From an uncultured Chloroflexia bacterium (lineage in GTDB: Bacteria > Chloroflexota > Limnocylindria > Limnocylindrales > CSP1-4): 64,000 bases of DNA. Below are positions 50,080 to 59,374 of this stretch, piece after piece. Each line of letters begins with the position of its first letter. The first letter of the stretch is position 1. The stretch is taken from positions 388,059 to 452,058 of the forward strand of contig CAWFND010000008.1 in assembly GCA_963817095.1 (NCBI GenBank), written 5' to 3'. Under the pieces are notes generated by a model. It was not told the origin of the DNA. It was given only the letters and a program-made list of their open reading frames with translations, and made no database searches. A program made the translations under genes and the position numbers.

Positions 50080-51699
50080 TCAGGACGGCTTCGCCTCCTC
50101 GGCGGACGGCACCGGCGTCGGCGTGGCCACCGACGGCTTGGGAGTGGCGGTCGGCTTGGCGGTGGGCTTCGGGGTCGGCTTGGGCGTCGGCCTCGGGGTC
50201 GCCCGCGGCGGGTCGGGGCAGTTGCTGACACCGGAGCCCGAGACGTGCCCGGACGGCGCCGGAACCTGGTACTTCGCCACCGGGGTTCCGCCGCTCGGGG
50301 GGAACAGGTCGTCGGCGAGACCGCGGATCGCCTTGAGGTCCGGGATCTGGATCGAGCCGCGGACGTCGTTCCCGGGCCTCACGTACGGGTGGACGAGGAC
50401 GGCTCGGTAGGTCTGCTTCCGGCCGACCCGGCTAGCGATGTCCGCGAGGCCCGGGACGAGCGACCGGGGGATGTTCGTCGTCACGGTGTTGCCGAGGGCA
50501 CGGAGCAACCCGATCGGATCGGACAGGAATCCGCCCCCCTTGACGCGGTCGCGGACCGCCGAGAGGAGCTCCTGCTGACGCCCCGCCCGGGTGAAGTCGC
50601 TCTCGCCGGCGGCCTTCCGGACACGGGCGAAGGCGAGGGCCTGGTTCCCGTTCAGGTGGTGGAGGCCCGGGGAGATCGCGAAGCCGTCCGGGTAGCCGTA
50701 CTCGTGGTAAGTCGGGTCGCAGAACCCCTCGGAGACATTGACGTTGACCCCACCGAGCGTGTTCACGACGTTGACGAACCCCTGCAGGTTGACCATGGCG
50801 AAGTGGTCGATCCGCAGGCCGAGGAGCGACCCCAGCGCGCCCATCAGGACGTCCTCACCCTCGCCGTTCGAGCCAGGGAACTGCTTGGGGTGGTGGCGGG
50901 CGAACGACACGAGGCTGTTGATCTTGCCGCGGAACTTCCGTCCGTCGGGAAGTGGCACGTCGACCATGTCGCGCGGGATCGAGACCATCGAGACCGTCTG
51001 GCCGACCGGGTCGAGCGAGACGACGATCATCGTGTCGGTGAGGAACGTGTTGCGACCGACGCCCTGATCGACGCCGATGATCAGCACGTTCTGGCGGGGT
51101 GTCACGGGCGTCGGCGACGGCCCGACCGACGGGCTCGGATCCGTGCTGGGTGGGGCCGATGCGGGGTCGAAGTCGGACGCATCCGGCTCCGGGAGGGCGG
51201 ACGCGTCGGGCTGCCACGCGCCGGCGGTCGTCGGGTTCTCCGGGATGACCCGGTCGGCCTCCTCGCGGGCGACCTCGGTCACGTAGCCGGCGTAGGCATG
51301 CGGGGCGATCAGGATGACGCCGAGCAGCGCGATCGGGAGGACGTCGCGCCGGCCGAGGCGCGGGTAGCGGCCGTCGAGCAGGCTCGACCCGACCGCCACG
51401 GCCCGCCAGACGAGCAACAGGCCCGAGCCGATGAAGATCGCGAGGATCGTCGCCGGGTTCAGGGCGAGGCCCAGCAGGTCGGACATCGAGGACGTGGCCA
51501 GCGCGACCACGATGCCGATGATGACGGCGATGACCGGCAGCCCGAACAGGGCGGCGAGTCGCCGCCGGCCGGCCAGCAGGTGACCGAGCCCGGGGAACAG
51601 CGCGTCGAGGAAGGCGTGAAGGTGACGGGATCCCCGCTGCGGCGTGACGTTCACCGCTTCCCGCTCGTTCTGGGAGTCCACCGAGCCGGAGGATAGCAA
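50080..51699 (-). CDS. LCP (LytR-CpsA-Psr) family cell-envelope protein with Pro/Thr/Lys-rich tail
   Basis: ORF 50080..51699 is intact, with an N-terminal TM segment, the LCP core (NVLIIGVD...TDTMIVVSLDP...SIPRD), and a C-terminal PTPKPTPKPTAKPT repeat. Confidence 0.85.
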   Translation of the reverse strand: MLSSGSVDSQNEREAVNVTPQRGSRHLHAFLDALFPGLGHLLAGRRRLAALFGLPVIAVIIGIVVALATSSMSDLLGLALNPATILAIFIGSGLLLVWRAVAVGSSLLDGRYPRLGRRDVLPIALLGVILIAPHAYAGYVTEVAREEADRVIPENPTTAGAWQPDASALPEPDASDFDPASAPPSTDPSPSVGPSPTPVTPRQNVLIIGVDQGVGRNTFLTDTMIVVSLDPVGQTVSMVSIPRDMVDVPLPDGRKFRGKINSLVSFARHHPKQFPGSNGEGEDVLMGALGSLLGLRIDHFAMVNLQGFVNVVNTLGGVNVNVSEGFCDPTYHEYGYPDGFAISPGLHHLNGNQALAFARVRKAAGESDFTRAGRQQELLSAVRDRVKGGGFLSDPIGLLRALGNTVTTNIPRSLVPGLADIASRVGRKQTYRAVLVHPYVRPGNDVRGSIQIPDLKAIRGLADDLFPPSGGTPVAKYQVPAPSGHVSGSGVSNCPDPPRATPRPTPKPTPKPTAKPTATPKPSVATPTPVPSAEEAKPS

Positions 51700-51734
51700 T
51701 CAGCGGCGACCCGTGCGGCCGCCGGTGGACTCCG

Positions 51735-53885
51735 TCAGGCGACGACGGCTGGCTCTTGCGGCATCTCCGGAGTCGGGCTCGCCGCCTGCGCCGGCTTCGG
51801 CGGCCCCAGCTGGATCCCGATCGAGTCGAGCCAGCGGCGGATGTTCCGATAGATGGACGGCGCCCCGAGCGGCACGTCCTCGTCGAGCTCCCACTCGACC
51901 GGATGGAGGATGAACGGCTCCGTCTGCGGTCCGCCGAGGCCGCCGTGGGAGCCGATGAGCTCCTCGAACGCCGCGACCTCGCCGAGCTCAGGGTCGTACT
52001 GGCTGATGAGCAGCAGGTCCGGTGCGTGGACCATCGCGTCGCCGCGCTTCAGGCTCATCACCGTGTGGGGCCCGAAGAGCGTCGTCGGGTCCTCGCCCTC
52101 GACACGATCCTCGTCGAGGTAGCGCGTGCCGTTCGGCCCGAACACGACCGCGCCGCGGGCCGTCGAGCGGACCATCAGCATCGCCACGCCCGGATGGGCG
52201 GCGACGGACCCGACCGAGCCCGGGATACCGCTCCTCGAGCTCCTCGACCGTCAGGCGGTTGTCGTTGCCGGTGAACCAGACGAGGCCGAGGTTGCCGGAG
52301 CCAACCACCGCGATGGACGACGCGTCGGGGACCTGCGGCGGCACCTCGTCTGCGTCGAGGTCGACGACGCCGTCGGTCGTCTTGCTCTTCAGGGCGGCCC
52401 GGGCGACGGTCGGCCCGACGCCCTTGCTCTGCGTGATCTCCGGAGAGGAACGAGTTCACGAACGTCGAACCCTCGGCCTTCGTCTTCGACTCCACGCAGC
52501 GTGGCCCCGCCGCCCATCAGCTCGAGGATGTACTCGCCGAGGCTCTTGCCGTAGCGCTGCTTGAACGTCTCGCCGAGGCTCTGGCCGTGATCGGAGAGGA
52601 CGACGAACTTGTACGGCCGGGGCGCCTCGTCGGTGGCCTTGATCAGGGTCGCGATGGCCTCGTCGACGCCGTCGAGGGCCTGTAGTGACTCGACCCGCTC
52701 GGGCCCGCAGTGGTGGGCCAGCTCGTCGTAGTCGGTGAAGTCCGCGTAGATGACGTTGGTCCCGCGGTACATCTCCTCGATGATCAGCGAGGTGTTGACG
52801 TCACGGAGCAGGACGTTGCTCGCCGCCCGCATGCCGGCGTACTTCATCCCGCGATGCATCTGCGGCCGGACGCCGGCCCGCCGTGTCCGCCTGGCCTGGG
52901 TCAGCTCCTTGATGAACTCGCCCATGAAGAGGGTGAACGAGCGCAGATAGCCGGACGGGCTGAAGAAGAAGGACAGGAATGCCTGGCTGTCGCCGATCCC
53001 GCCGCCCTCGGCCTTGATCGCGGCGGTCGTCAGATACGAGCGAGTCGCGTCGCCGGTCATCAGGTTGCAGATGCTCGCGCCGTTGTTCGACAGGAGGCCC
53101 TCGCCGTTCGAGATGCGCGACACGATCAGCGTCGCGTCGACGGGGTTGCTCGAGGCCATCAGGTGCTTGCGGTCGCGCTCGTACCAGCGGAACGCCGGGA
53201 TCCCGTCGTTGTTGCCGTGGAGGATGCCCGGCCTGGCTCGCCGACGTCATCGACGGCAGGATCGCCTCCCAGCGCGACAGCTTGTGGCTGCCGTCACGGA
53301 CCAGGCCGGCCATCGTGTTGACCGATCCGGCGCGCATCCGGGCGGCGAGGATCGGATGGGCCAGGCCGTCGATCTGGATGATCACGAGGCCGGGCTTGTC
53401 CGAGTGCCCCCGCGAGCGCTTGACCATCAGGCGCTGGACGAGCGCGCCGTAGTACGACCCGCCGCTGTCGATCCCCAGGATCGCGGTGAGGATCGTGTCG
53501 ATGGCCGCGAAGATGAACGAACCGATCAGCGCCGTGAGGAAGCTGTCCACGTGGACGCCCGGGGCCCACTGCGCGACGACGAGGAACGCCACGACCTGGA
53601 GGACGAGGACGAGGATCGCGACGAGGATCAGAGACACTCGGCGCGGCCAGCGTGAGGACGACCGGTCGGATGGCCGCGTTGAACAAGGCGATGAGGATCA
53701 CCGCCAGCACGGCATCGATCGGGCGATCGATCGACATCGCGGGGCAGCAGCCAGGCGGTCGCGAGGAACGAGACGGCCGCGACGACCAGGGTGATGACGA
53801 GCCGCTTCAGGAGCGCAAGGCGGCCACCACGCCACTCCCAGAGAACGCGAATTTGCATCGCATAGAAATCGAGCAGCCGGCGCAT
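51735..53885 (-). pseudogene. membrane-anchored alkaline-phosphatase-superfamily phosphodiesterase, multiple frameshifts
   Basis: The N-terminal TM region is split over ORFs 53628..53885, 53294..53737 and 52801..53637. The catalytic core is in ORF 52801..53637 (VIIQIDGLAHP) and ORF 52389..53159 (YADFTDYDELAHHCGP, VVLSDHGQS). The C-terminus is in ORF 51735..52187. Confidence 0.65.
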
Positions 53886-54056
53886 GATCAGTGACTCCCT
53901 CCCAACTCGGCGTCGTCCGTTGACAGGATAGGCGCGCGCCCGATGTCAACGAGGGTGCACGCCTCCCAGATGCGACCCGTTTCGGTCGCCCTGCGGTAGA
54001 CTCCGGCGGCGTGCGCGGTCGCCCTGACATGGGACCGGACCCGTCGACGCGACCAC

Positions 54057-54131
54057 TGGCGAGTGGCCAAGCGGTAAGGCGCCTGACTCTGGATCAGGAG
54101 ATCGAAGGTTCGAATCCTTCCTCGCCAGCCA
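54057..54131 (+). tRNA. tRNA-Gln (anticodon CUG), CCA encoded
   Basis: TGGCGAGTGGCCAAGCGGTAAGGCGCCTGACTCTGGATCAGGAGATCGAAGGTTCGAATCCTTCCTCGCCAGCCA has a U1-A72 acceptor, anticodon loop CTCTGGA and T-loop GTTCGAATC. Confidence 0.9.
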
Positions 54132-54232
54132 ACACCACAACCTGTTGGGGTGTCGAGAGGAAACGACCAAACATTTGTGGAGGGGCCGTTTTCCCCAGGG
54201 CCGAGTGAAGCAAGAGCGGCGGTCCCCGAAAA

Positions 54233-54330
54233 TCAGGCGCACTCGTTTTGAGCGTGAAACGGTCGTTTGTGCGCCTGACTCTTCCGGACTTGTGCGCCTG
54301 ACTCTTCCTGACATATGCGCCTGACTCCGG
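54233..54330. repeat. one inverted plus three 23-nt-phased direct copies of (T)GCGCCTGACTC, a 12-mer identical to the tRNA-Gln anticodon arm
   Basis: TCAGGCGCAC at 54233-54242 (inverted). Direct copies are GTGCGCCTGACTCTTCC at 54269, GTGCGCCTGACTCTTCC at 54292 and ATGCGCCTGACTCC at 54315. The tRNA has GGCGCCTGACTCTGG at 54079-54093. Confidence 0.65.
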
Positions 54331-54568
54331 TTGGTGACCGACGTTTCAGGCTCGGTAGACAGAGGCTTTCCGTCTCGTCGGCTAAGCGGGATCCGGGCTT
54401 GGCGGTCCGCCTTGGCGATCGCGTTACTACCGGTGGTGATTGGGCCGGGTAGCGCCGCACAGCGCCTGTCCCGGCCTCGCTGCAACTTGAGATCGACGTT
54501 ACGGGCACAGAACGCTGGCTGCGCAGCTCGACCGCCTGACACTCGTAGTGACGCCCTGGTCCTGTTGC

Positions 54569-55390
54569 CTATGCCGGGCCGGGACTCATCTCGCCCGCGG
54601 GGCCCACCCGCTCGGCAACGAAGTCCTCCCACGTCGTTCGGCCCACGACGCGGTCGGGGGTCAGGTTCGCGCCCGCTCGGAACGCGGCGGCCGCCCCGCC
54701 CATCGTGGGGACCGACACCAGCAGTCGACGCCGGTGGGTGGCCCGCAGGTAGATGCGGATCAGCTCGCCCATGCCGAGCACCTGCGGCCCGCCGATCTCA
54801 GGGACCAGGCCCGCCGGTTCATCGAGGGCCAGTCCGGCGAGCCGCGCCGCGACCTCGCGGGCGTCGATCGGCTGGAATCGGAAGCCGCTCGGAACCGGGA
54901 TCACGGGCAGCTTCGCCATCCCACGAGCGACGGCCAGGAACGACTGCTGGAACTGGGTCGCGCGAAGCGTCGTCCAGGGGATGCCCGAGCCGGCCACGAC
55001 CTGCTCCGCGGCCAGCTTCGACCCGAAGTAGCCGAACATCGCGCGGTCGATCCGGCTCCGGACCGGGATCCGGTCGGCGCCGACGACGGAGATGTAGACG
55101 AGATGACGCGCCCCGGCCCGCGATGCTGCGCGGACCAGGTTCCGCGTCGTGTCGTCGTCGCCGACGCGGGCCGCCGGCGCAATGCACGATGACCTCGATC
55201 CCCTCGACCGCGGCCTCGACCCCGCGCCCGTGGCCAGGTCGCCCGTCACGAACTCGACGGTCGCGTCGGCCTCGGCCCCGCCGCCGTGCCGGCTGAGCAC
55301 GCGGACGTCCCGTCCCGCCTCTCGGAGACGGGCGACGACGAGCCGGCCCAGGGTGCCCGTGCCCCCGGTGACGAGGATCGGCTTGTCCAT
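54569..55390 (-). CDS. NmrA-like / atypical SDR NAD(P)H-binding protein (about 20 codons out of frame internally)
   Basis: ORF 54569..55390 has the VTGGTGTLG Rossmann motif. The segment GAGSRPRSRGSRSSCIAPAA reads GVEAAVEGIEVIVHCAGG in another frame, which indicates two compensating indels at about 55235 and about 55175. Confidence 0.7.
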   Translation of the reverse strand: MDKPILVTGGTGTLGRLVVARLREAGRDVRVLSRHGGGAEADATVEFVTGDLATGAGSRPRSRGSRSSCIAPAARVGDDDTTRNLVRAASRAGARHLVYISVVGADRIPVRSRIDRAMFGYFGSKLAAEQVVAGSGIPWTTLRATQFQQSFLAVARGMAKLPVIPVPSGFRFQPIDAREVAARLAGLALDEPAGLVPEIGGPQVLGMGELIRIYLRATHRRRLLVSVPTMGGAAAAFRAGANLTPDRVVGRTTWEDFVAERVGPAGEMSPGPA

Positions 55391-55468
55391 GGGTAGTCTC
55401 CTTCGGTCACACCATCCCGTCTGGGCGGGTCAATGAGGTGACACCCCCGAACGAAGGAACGTGACCGA

Positions 55469-56372
55469 GTGGATCAGCAGGGGTTGCTCGCCGAACAATT
55501 CGAGACCCATCGCGCGCGGTTGCGCGGGGTCGCCTTCCGGATGCTCGGCTCGCCCACGGAGGCCGACGACGCCGTCCAGGAAGCCTGGATCCGGATCAGC
55601 CGGACAGACGAGAGCGAGATCGACAACCTCGGTGCGTGGCTGACGACGGTCGTCGCGCGGGTCTGCCTGAACATGCTCCGCGCGCGCAAGGCGCGGCACG
55701 AGGAGTTCCCACCCGGCCGTGTTCCCGAGCCGATCATCGATCGCCCCGACGGGATGGATCCCGAGCACGAGGCCCTCCTCGGCGACTCGGTCGGCCTGGC
55801 GCTCCTCGTGATGCTCGAGACGCTCGCTCCCGCCGAGCGAGTGGCGTTCGTCCTGCACGACGTGTTTGCCCTGCCGTTCGAGGAGATCGCGCCGATCGTC
55901 GGCCGGACCCCGACCGCCACCAGGCAGCTGGCGAGCCGGGCCCGGCGCCGCGTCCGGGGAGTCGCCCCGCCTCCTGATCGGGACCTGCGCGCCCAGCGAA
56001 CGGTCGTCGATGCGTTCATCGCCGCCGTCCGCAGCGGCGACTTCGAAGGCCTTGCTCGCGGTCCTCGACCCGGATGTCGTCCTGCGAGCGGACGGCGGCG
56101 CGCGCTGGCTGGGAGCCACCCGGGAGATCCGCGGAGCCGAGATGGTGGCGCGATCGGCTCTCACGATCACGCGACGTCTGACCGGCTTCGATGTGCAGCA
56201 CGCGCTCGTCAACGGCTCGGCCGGCATCGTCTCCCGCGATGAGAACGGTGAGCCGTTCTCGGTGATGGGCTTCATGGTCCACGACGGCAGGATCCTCGAG
56301 ATCGACGTGCTCGCCGACCCCGAACGCCTGCGTCGGCTCGACCTGACTCGCCTTGGTCCGGGGATCTTGTGA
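55469..56372 (+). pseudogene. ECF sigma factor with SnoaL-like C-terminal domain (SigJ-type), one frameshift near 56050
   Basis: Regions 2 and 4 are in ORF 55469..56242 (DAVQEAWIRI, RVAFVLHDVFALPFEEIA). The C-terminal domain is in ORF 55866..56372 (LLAVLDPDVVLRADGG...FMVHDGRILEIDVL). Confidence 0.75.
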
Positions 56373-56964
56373 CAGGCCGGATGCTGGAGTTCACAACACG
56401 TTCCGAGACCAGTTGGCCAAGACCGCCGTGGTCGGCTCAGTGCGACGACGCGAGGCGCTCCCACATGGGTCACTGTCCCTTAGGACTCTTGGTCACGGGA
56501 CTATCCGGGATTGATGGTTTCGCGCCCCCCTGCAACGGTCAGAAAGGCCGGTACTTTGCTCGGCGACTCGGGGTTGGCGCGAACATGGTGGCAGCACCCT
56601 GCATGACCTGGCCTTGAGCTTAGGAAGCTAACGCTCTGCCAGCAGATCCACTCCCGCCCGAGGTGCGGCGCGCAGAAGTCGCCGGTGCCGTCAGTCGACC
56701 GCGCCAATCTGTGGTGCGACCAGCCTCCGCCTCTCCGCTCCGTATGGTCGACGCGCCAAGATCCGGGGCGGAGACGCTACGGCGGAGGACGCCCTCGAAC
56801 GACATGGGGCCGAGTGGCACTGTGCGCAGGTCGTCGCCGAGCCGCAGGATGAGGCGCTTAGGTGCGCGGGCTCCCGTCCTGACGGCTCAGGGACGGAGCG
56901 CCGGAAAGCGAGCCAACGTGCGACGGGGCATTACCTCGTGAGCCAGAAATGAGGTCGTGATCCC

Positions 56965-57336
56965 ATGCATGCGACGCTGAGGTTGGTCGGCGTCCTCGGC
57001 GGAGCCCTCGCCGTCGTCTGTGGCATCGCCGCGCTCGTCGTCGGCGGTCCCGATACGGTCATCGTCGGTGCCCTGATGACCGTCATGGCCGGCGTGATCG
57101 CGATCGTCGGCATCGCCATCGCGGGCGCCAGGCCGGGTCTCGCCGCCGTGCTGATGATTGTGGCCGTCCTGCTTGCTGGTTCCGTGGCCCCGGGGGTCAT
57201 CCCTGCGCTCGCCGACAGCGCGGTCATCTTCATGGCTTATCTGGCCGGCCTCGGCCTTCTCCTCCTAGGCGCGATCGTCGCATTCAGAGAGCGCAAGGCC
57301 GCGCCGACCACAGCGTTGACGGGGCTCCACCCCTGA
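56965..57336 (+). CDS. small integral membrane protein (123 aa)
   Basis: ORF 56965..57336 has four hydrophobic helices. Confidence 0.5.
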   Translation: MHATLRLVGVLGGALAVVCGIAALVVGGPDTVIVGALMTVMAGVIAIVGIAIAGARPGLAAVLMIVAVLLAGSVAPGVIPALADSAVIFMAYLAGLGLLLLGAIVAFRERKAAPTTALTGLHP

Positions 57337-57349
57337 GCGAGCGGACGGC

Positions 57350-58039
57350 ATGAACAAGCTTCGGGGCGCGATCGTCGTCCTTGCCTCTGCCGGGAGCATG
57401 AGCGGATCGGTCTACGCGATTCTTGTTCGTCCACGGATCAGCCGCTGGGGCGCGACCGAGGCGGAGGCGCGTATGGTCCTGCCAGGTGACCAGCTCGAGA
57501 GCCAACCGGGCCGTCGGGCCGTCTCCACCCGCGCGATCACGATCGACGCGCCGCCCGAGGTGGTCTGGCCGTGGCTCATCCAGATGGGCTCAGGCCGAGC
57601 CGGCTTCTACACGCATGAGTGGGTCGAGCGCCTGCTGTTCATCACCTACGCCGACGGTCATTCGGCGACCCGCATCCACCCCGAATGGCAGGACCTCCAC
57701 GTCGGCGACAAGGTCCCCTACTCGCGGTTCAACACGGTCGACGTCATCGCGCTCGATCGCCCGCGCTGCCTGATCGCGGGTGAGTGGCTGGTCCTCGAAC
57801 CGCTCGACGCCGGCGCGAGGACTCGGCTGATCGCGCGGACCCGTGGCGGCTGGCTCGAGCCGTTCGCCCGCAAGGTGCCCGTGTTCTGGCCGTTGCTGTG
57901 GCCGGTCGCAGCCCTCATCGAACGCGGACCCGGCGAGCTGCTGCACCACTACATGGAGACGGGCATGCTCAAAGGCATCAAGGTGCGCGCGGAGGCGAGT
58001 CATCCGCATCCACAGCTCATCGAGATGACCGCCGCATGA
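57350..58039 (+). CDS. SRPBCC (START/polyketide-cyclase-like) superfamily protein
   Basis: ORF 57350..58039 has IDAPPEVVWPWLIQMG...GFYTHEW, typical of the SRPBCC fold, plus an N-terminal hydrophobic segment. Confidence 0.55.
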   Translation: MNKLRGAIVVLASAGSMSGSVYAILVRPRISRWGATEAEARMVLPGDQLESQPGRRAVSTRAITIDAPPEVVWPWLIQMGSGRAGFYTHEWVERLLFITYADGHSATRIHPEWQDLHVGDKVPYSRFNTVDVIALDRPRCLIAGEWLVLEPLDAGARTRLIARTRGGWLEPFARKVPVFWPLLWPVAALIERGPGELLHHYMETGMLKGIKVRAEASHPHPQLIEMTAA

Positions 58040-58464
58040 TCGTGACGCACGCAACGTTCGACCCGCACCCTCCGGCGAACAGCTGGGCGACGCTCGGCGG
58101 TCGAGCAAGGACCTGGCGCGTCGTGCACGCAGCGTGGTCGGTGGCGCAGCTCGGGTGCCTGGGCTACATCTGGGGCTCGGCCGTGACCGGGCGGCGGAGT
58201 CCCCGTCTCTGGGCGAGTGTCGCCTTCCTCTGTGTCGAGGGAGGGGCGCTCGTGGTCGGTGGCGGAGATTGTCCGGTCGGGCCGTTCCAGGCCGAGTGGG
58301 GCGATCCCGTTCCATTCTTCGAACTCATCCTGCCACCCCGCGCTGCGAAGGCGGCGGTCCCTGTGCTCACCGCCGTGAGCCTCACTGGGATCGCTGCCCT
58401 CGTCCTAAGACGGCCGGGACTCGTGGCACGCGCAGGGCCGAGCAGCACGGAGATCACGCCGTAG
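58036..58464 (+). CDS. membrane protein (142 aa)
   Basis: The ATG at 58036 overlaps the upstream stop (ATGA), in frame with ORF 57784..58464. It has hydrophobic helices and a GDCPVGP motif. Confidence 0.45.
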   Translation: MIVTHATFDPHPPANSWATLGGRARTWRVVHAAWSVAQLGCLGYIWGSAVTGRRSPRLWASVAFLCVEGGALVVGGGDCPVGPFQAEWGDPVPFFELILPPRAAKAAVPVLTAVSLTGIAALVLRRPGLVARAGPSSTEITP

Positions 58465-59124
58465 CGTCCGGCCGAACCCGATCCCGTCGGCCTATGCGTT
58501 TCACGCGATGGGCCCTGAAGCCGACCTGCCCCGGGGCGCCACGCCCAGATCGCTCGCCTTCCGCTGGAGTCGCGGGGTCCCCGCTCGTCGCGCGACCAGA
58601 TCGTGGTGCCCCTTTGGGACTGGCGGGAACGAACTTCAACGTCGAGTTCGGTAACGGGGCCAGGCAGGCCCTCGCGCCCGAGGTGCCAGGCAATGGTGGC
58701 CAGGGCCCGCGTCCGGGCCCCGGGGCCGTGAGCTCGATCGGCAGGGCGATGATTCGTTCGATCTGGCCAAGGTCAAGCGTTGGCCGAGTCGAGGCGCCCT
58801 CAAGGGTCGTCATGCCCACGTCGTAATGGATCCCTCGTTTCCGTACTACGCGCTCTCAGCGGCCCCGGCGGGGTCAAGGGCGGCAGTCGTCGGCCCGAAC
58901 CAGCGTGGGCGCCGTGCGCGAACTCCCACCTACTGACAAGTGGAGCTGGCAGAAAATGACTCGCTGCGATGGACGTCACGGGAGGTTCATCGTACCGGCC
59001 CCGGGTGGCGGCCCGGATCGGCAGCAGTACCACCCCGAGCCTGGTATGGGTTCGGGCCAGCCTCGCTACGGCGACTGCGTGTCGCCCGATGCTTCCGCAT
59101 GCGCGCCGGGTGACGGCGGCGCTC

Positions 59125-59227
59125 TGCGCCGTCGTCACCGCCCCCACCTTGGATCGGGCGTTCGCCAGGTGGTGCTTCACGGTGGAGTGGGACAGGCCGA
59201 GGCGGTGGGCAGCCGCCTTCTCCGACC
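59125..59227 (-). pseudogene. mini-LuxR (GerE HTH) paralog a, N-terminal half deleted
   Basis: Only SEKAAAHRLGLSHSTVKHHLANARSKVGAVTTAQ is retained. The frame has no start codon, and the 5' side is fused directly to the conserved spacer that lies 78 nt upstream of paralog d. Confidence 0.6.
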
Positions 59228-59334
59228 CGGTGGGTGCCCCGGGAGCCGGTGTGGATCAGACCAGCGCGCCGTCATGCCCTCAAGGTGGCGGCGGCGGGCG
59301 GATTCCTATTCGGCCGTAGGGCCATGCTGTCCGG
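59225..59334. repeat. conserved about 105-nt noncoding segment, copy a (homolog of 63211..63330)
   Basis: It aligns with 63211..63330 by hand at roughly four of every five positions (ACCCGGTGGG...CCGGGAG.CGGTGTGGATC.GACCAGCGCGCCGTCA...GGTGGCGG.GGCG...GGGCCATGC). Confidence 0.6.
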
Positions 59335-59374
59335 CCGGAGCCCTGGTGGAGCGTGCGTGTGAGGATGCGGATCG

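Noticed and set aside
54233-54508. ORF 54233..54508 (91 aa), and the idea that the 23-nt repeats are a CRISPR array.
   Set aside because: The ORF merely translates the repeats (ESGAQ twice). There are only three units and no spacers (the units abut), the repeat length and period are wrong for CRISPR, and there are no cas genes.
56560-56640. Possible SRP (4.5S) RNA, because of GACCUGGCC...UUAGGAAGCUAAC.
   Set aside because: It lacks the conserved GUCAGGUCCGGAAGGAAGCAGC core and the symmetric helix. The resemblance is superficial.
58454-58819. ORF 58454..58819 as a bona fide 121-aa gene.
   Set aside because: Only the first about 30 residues look protein-like. The rest is Pro/Gly/Arg-rich, and a shifted frame looks better. 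I treated it as an unresolved decayed region (see findings).
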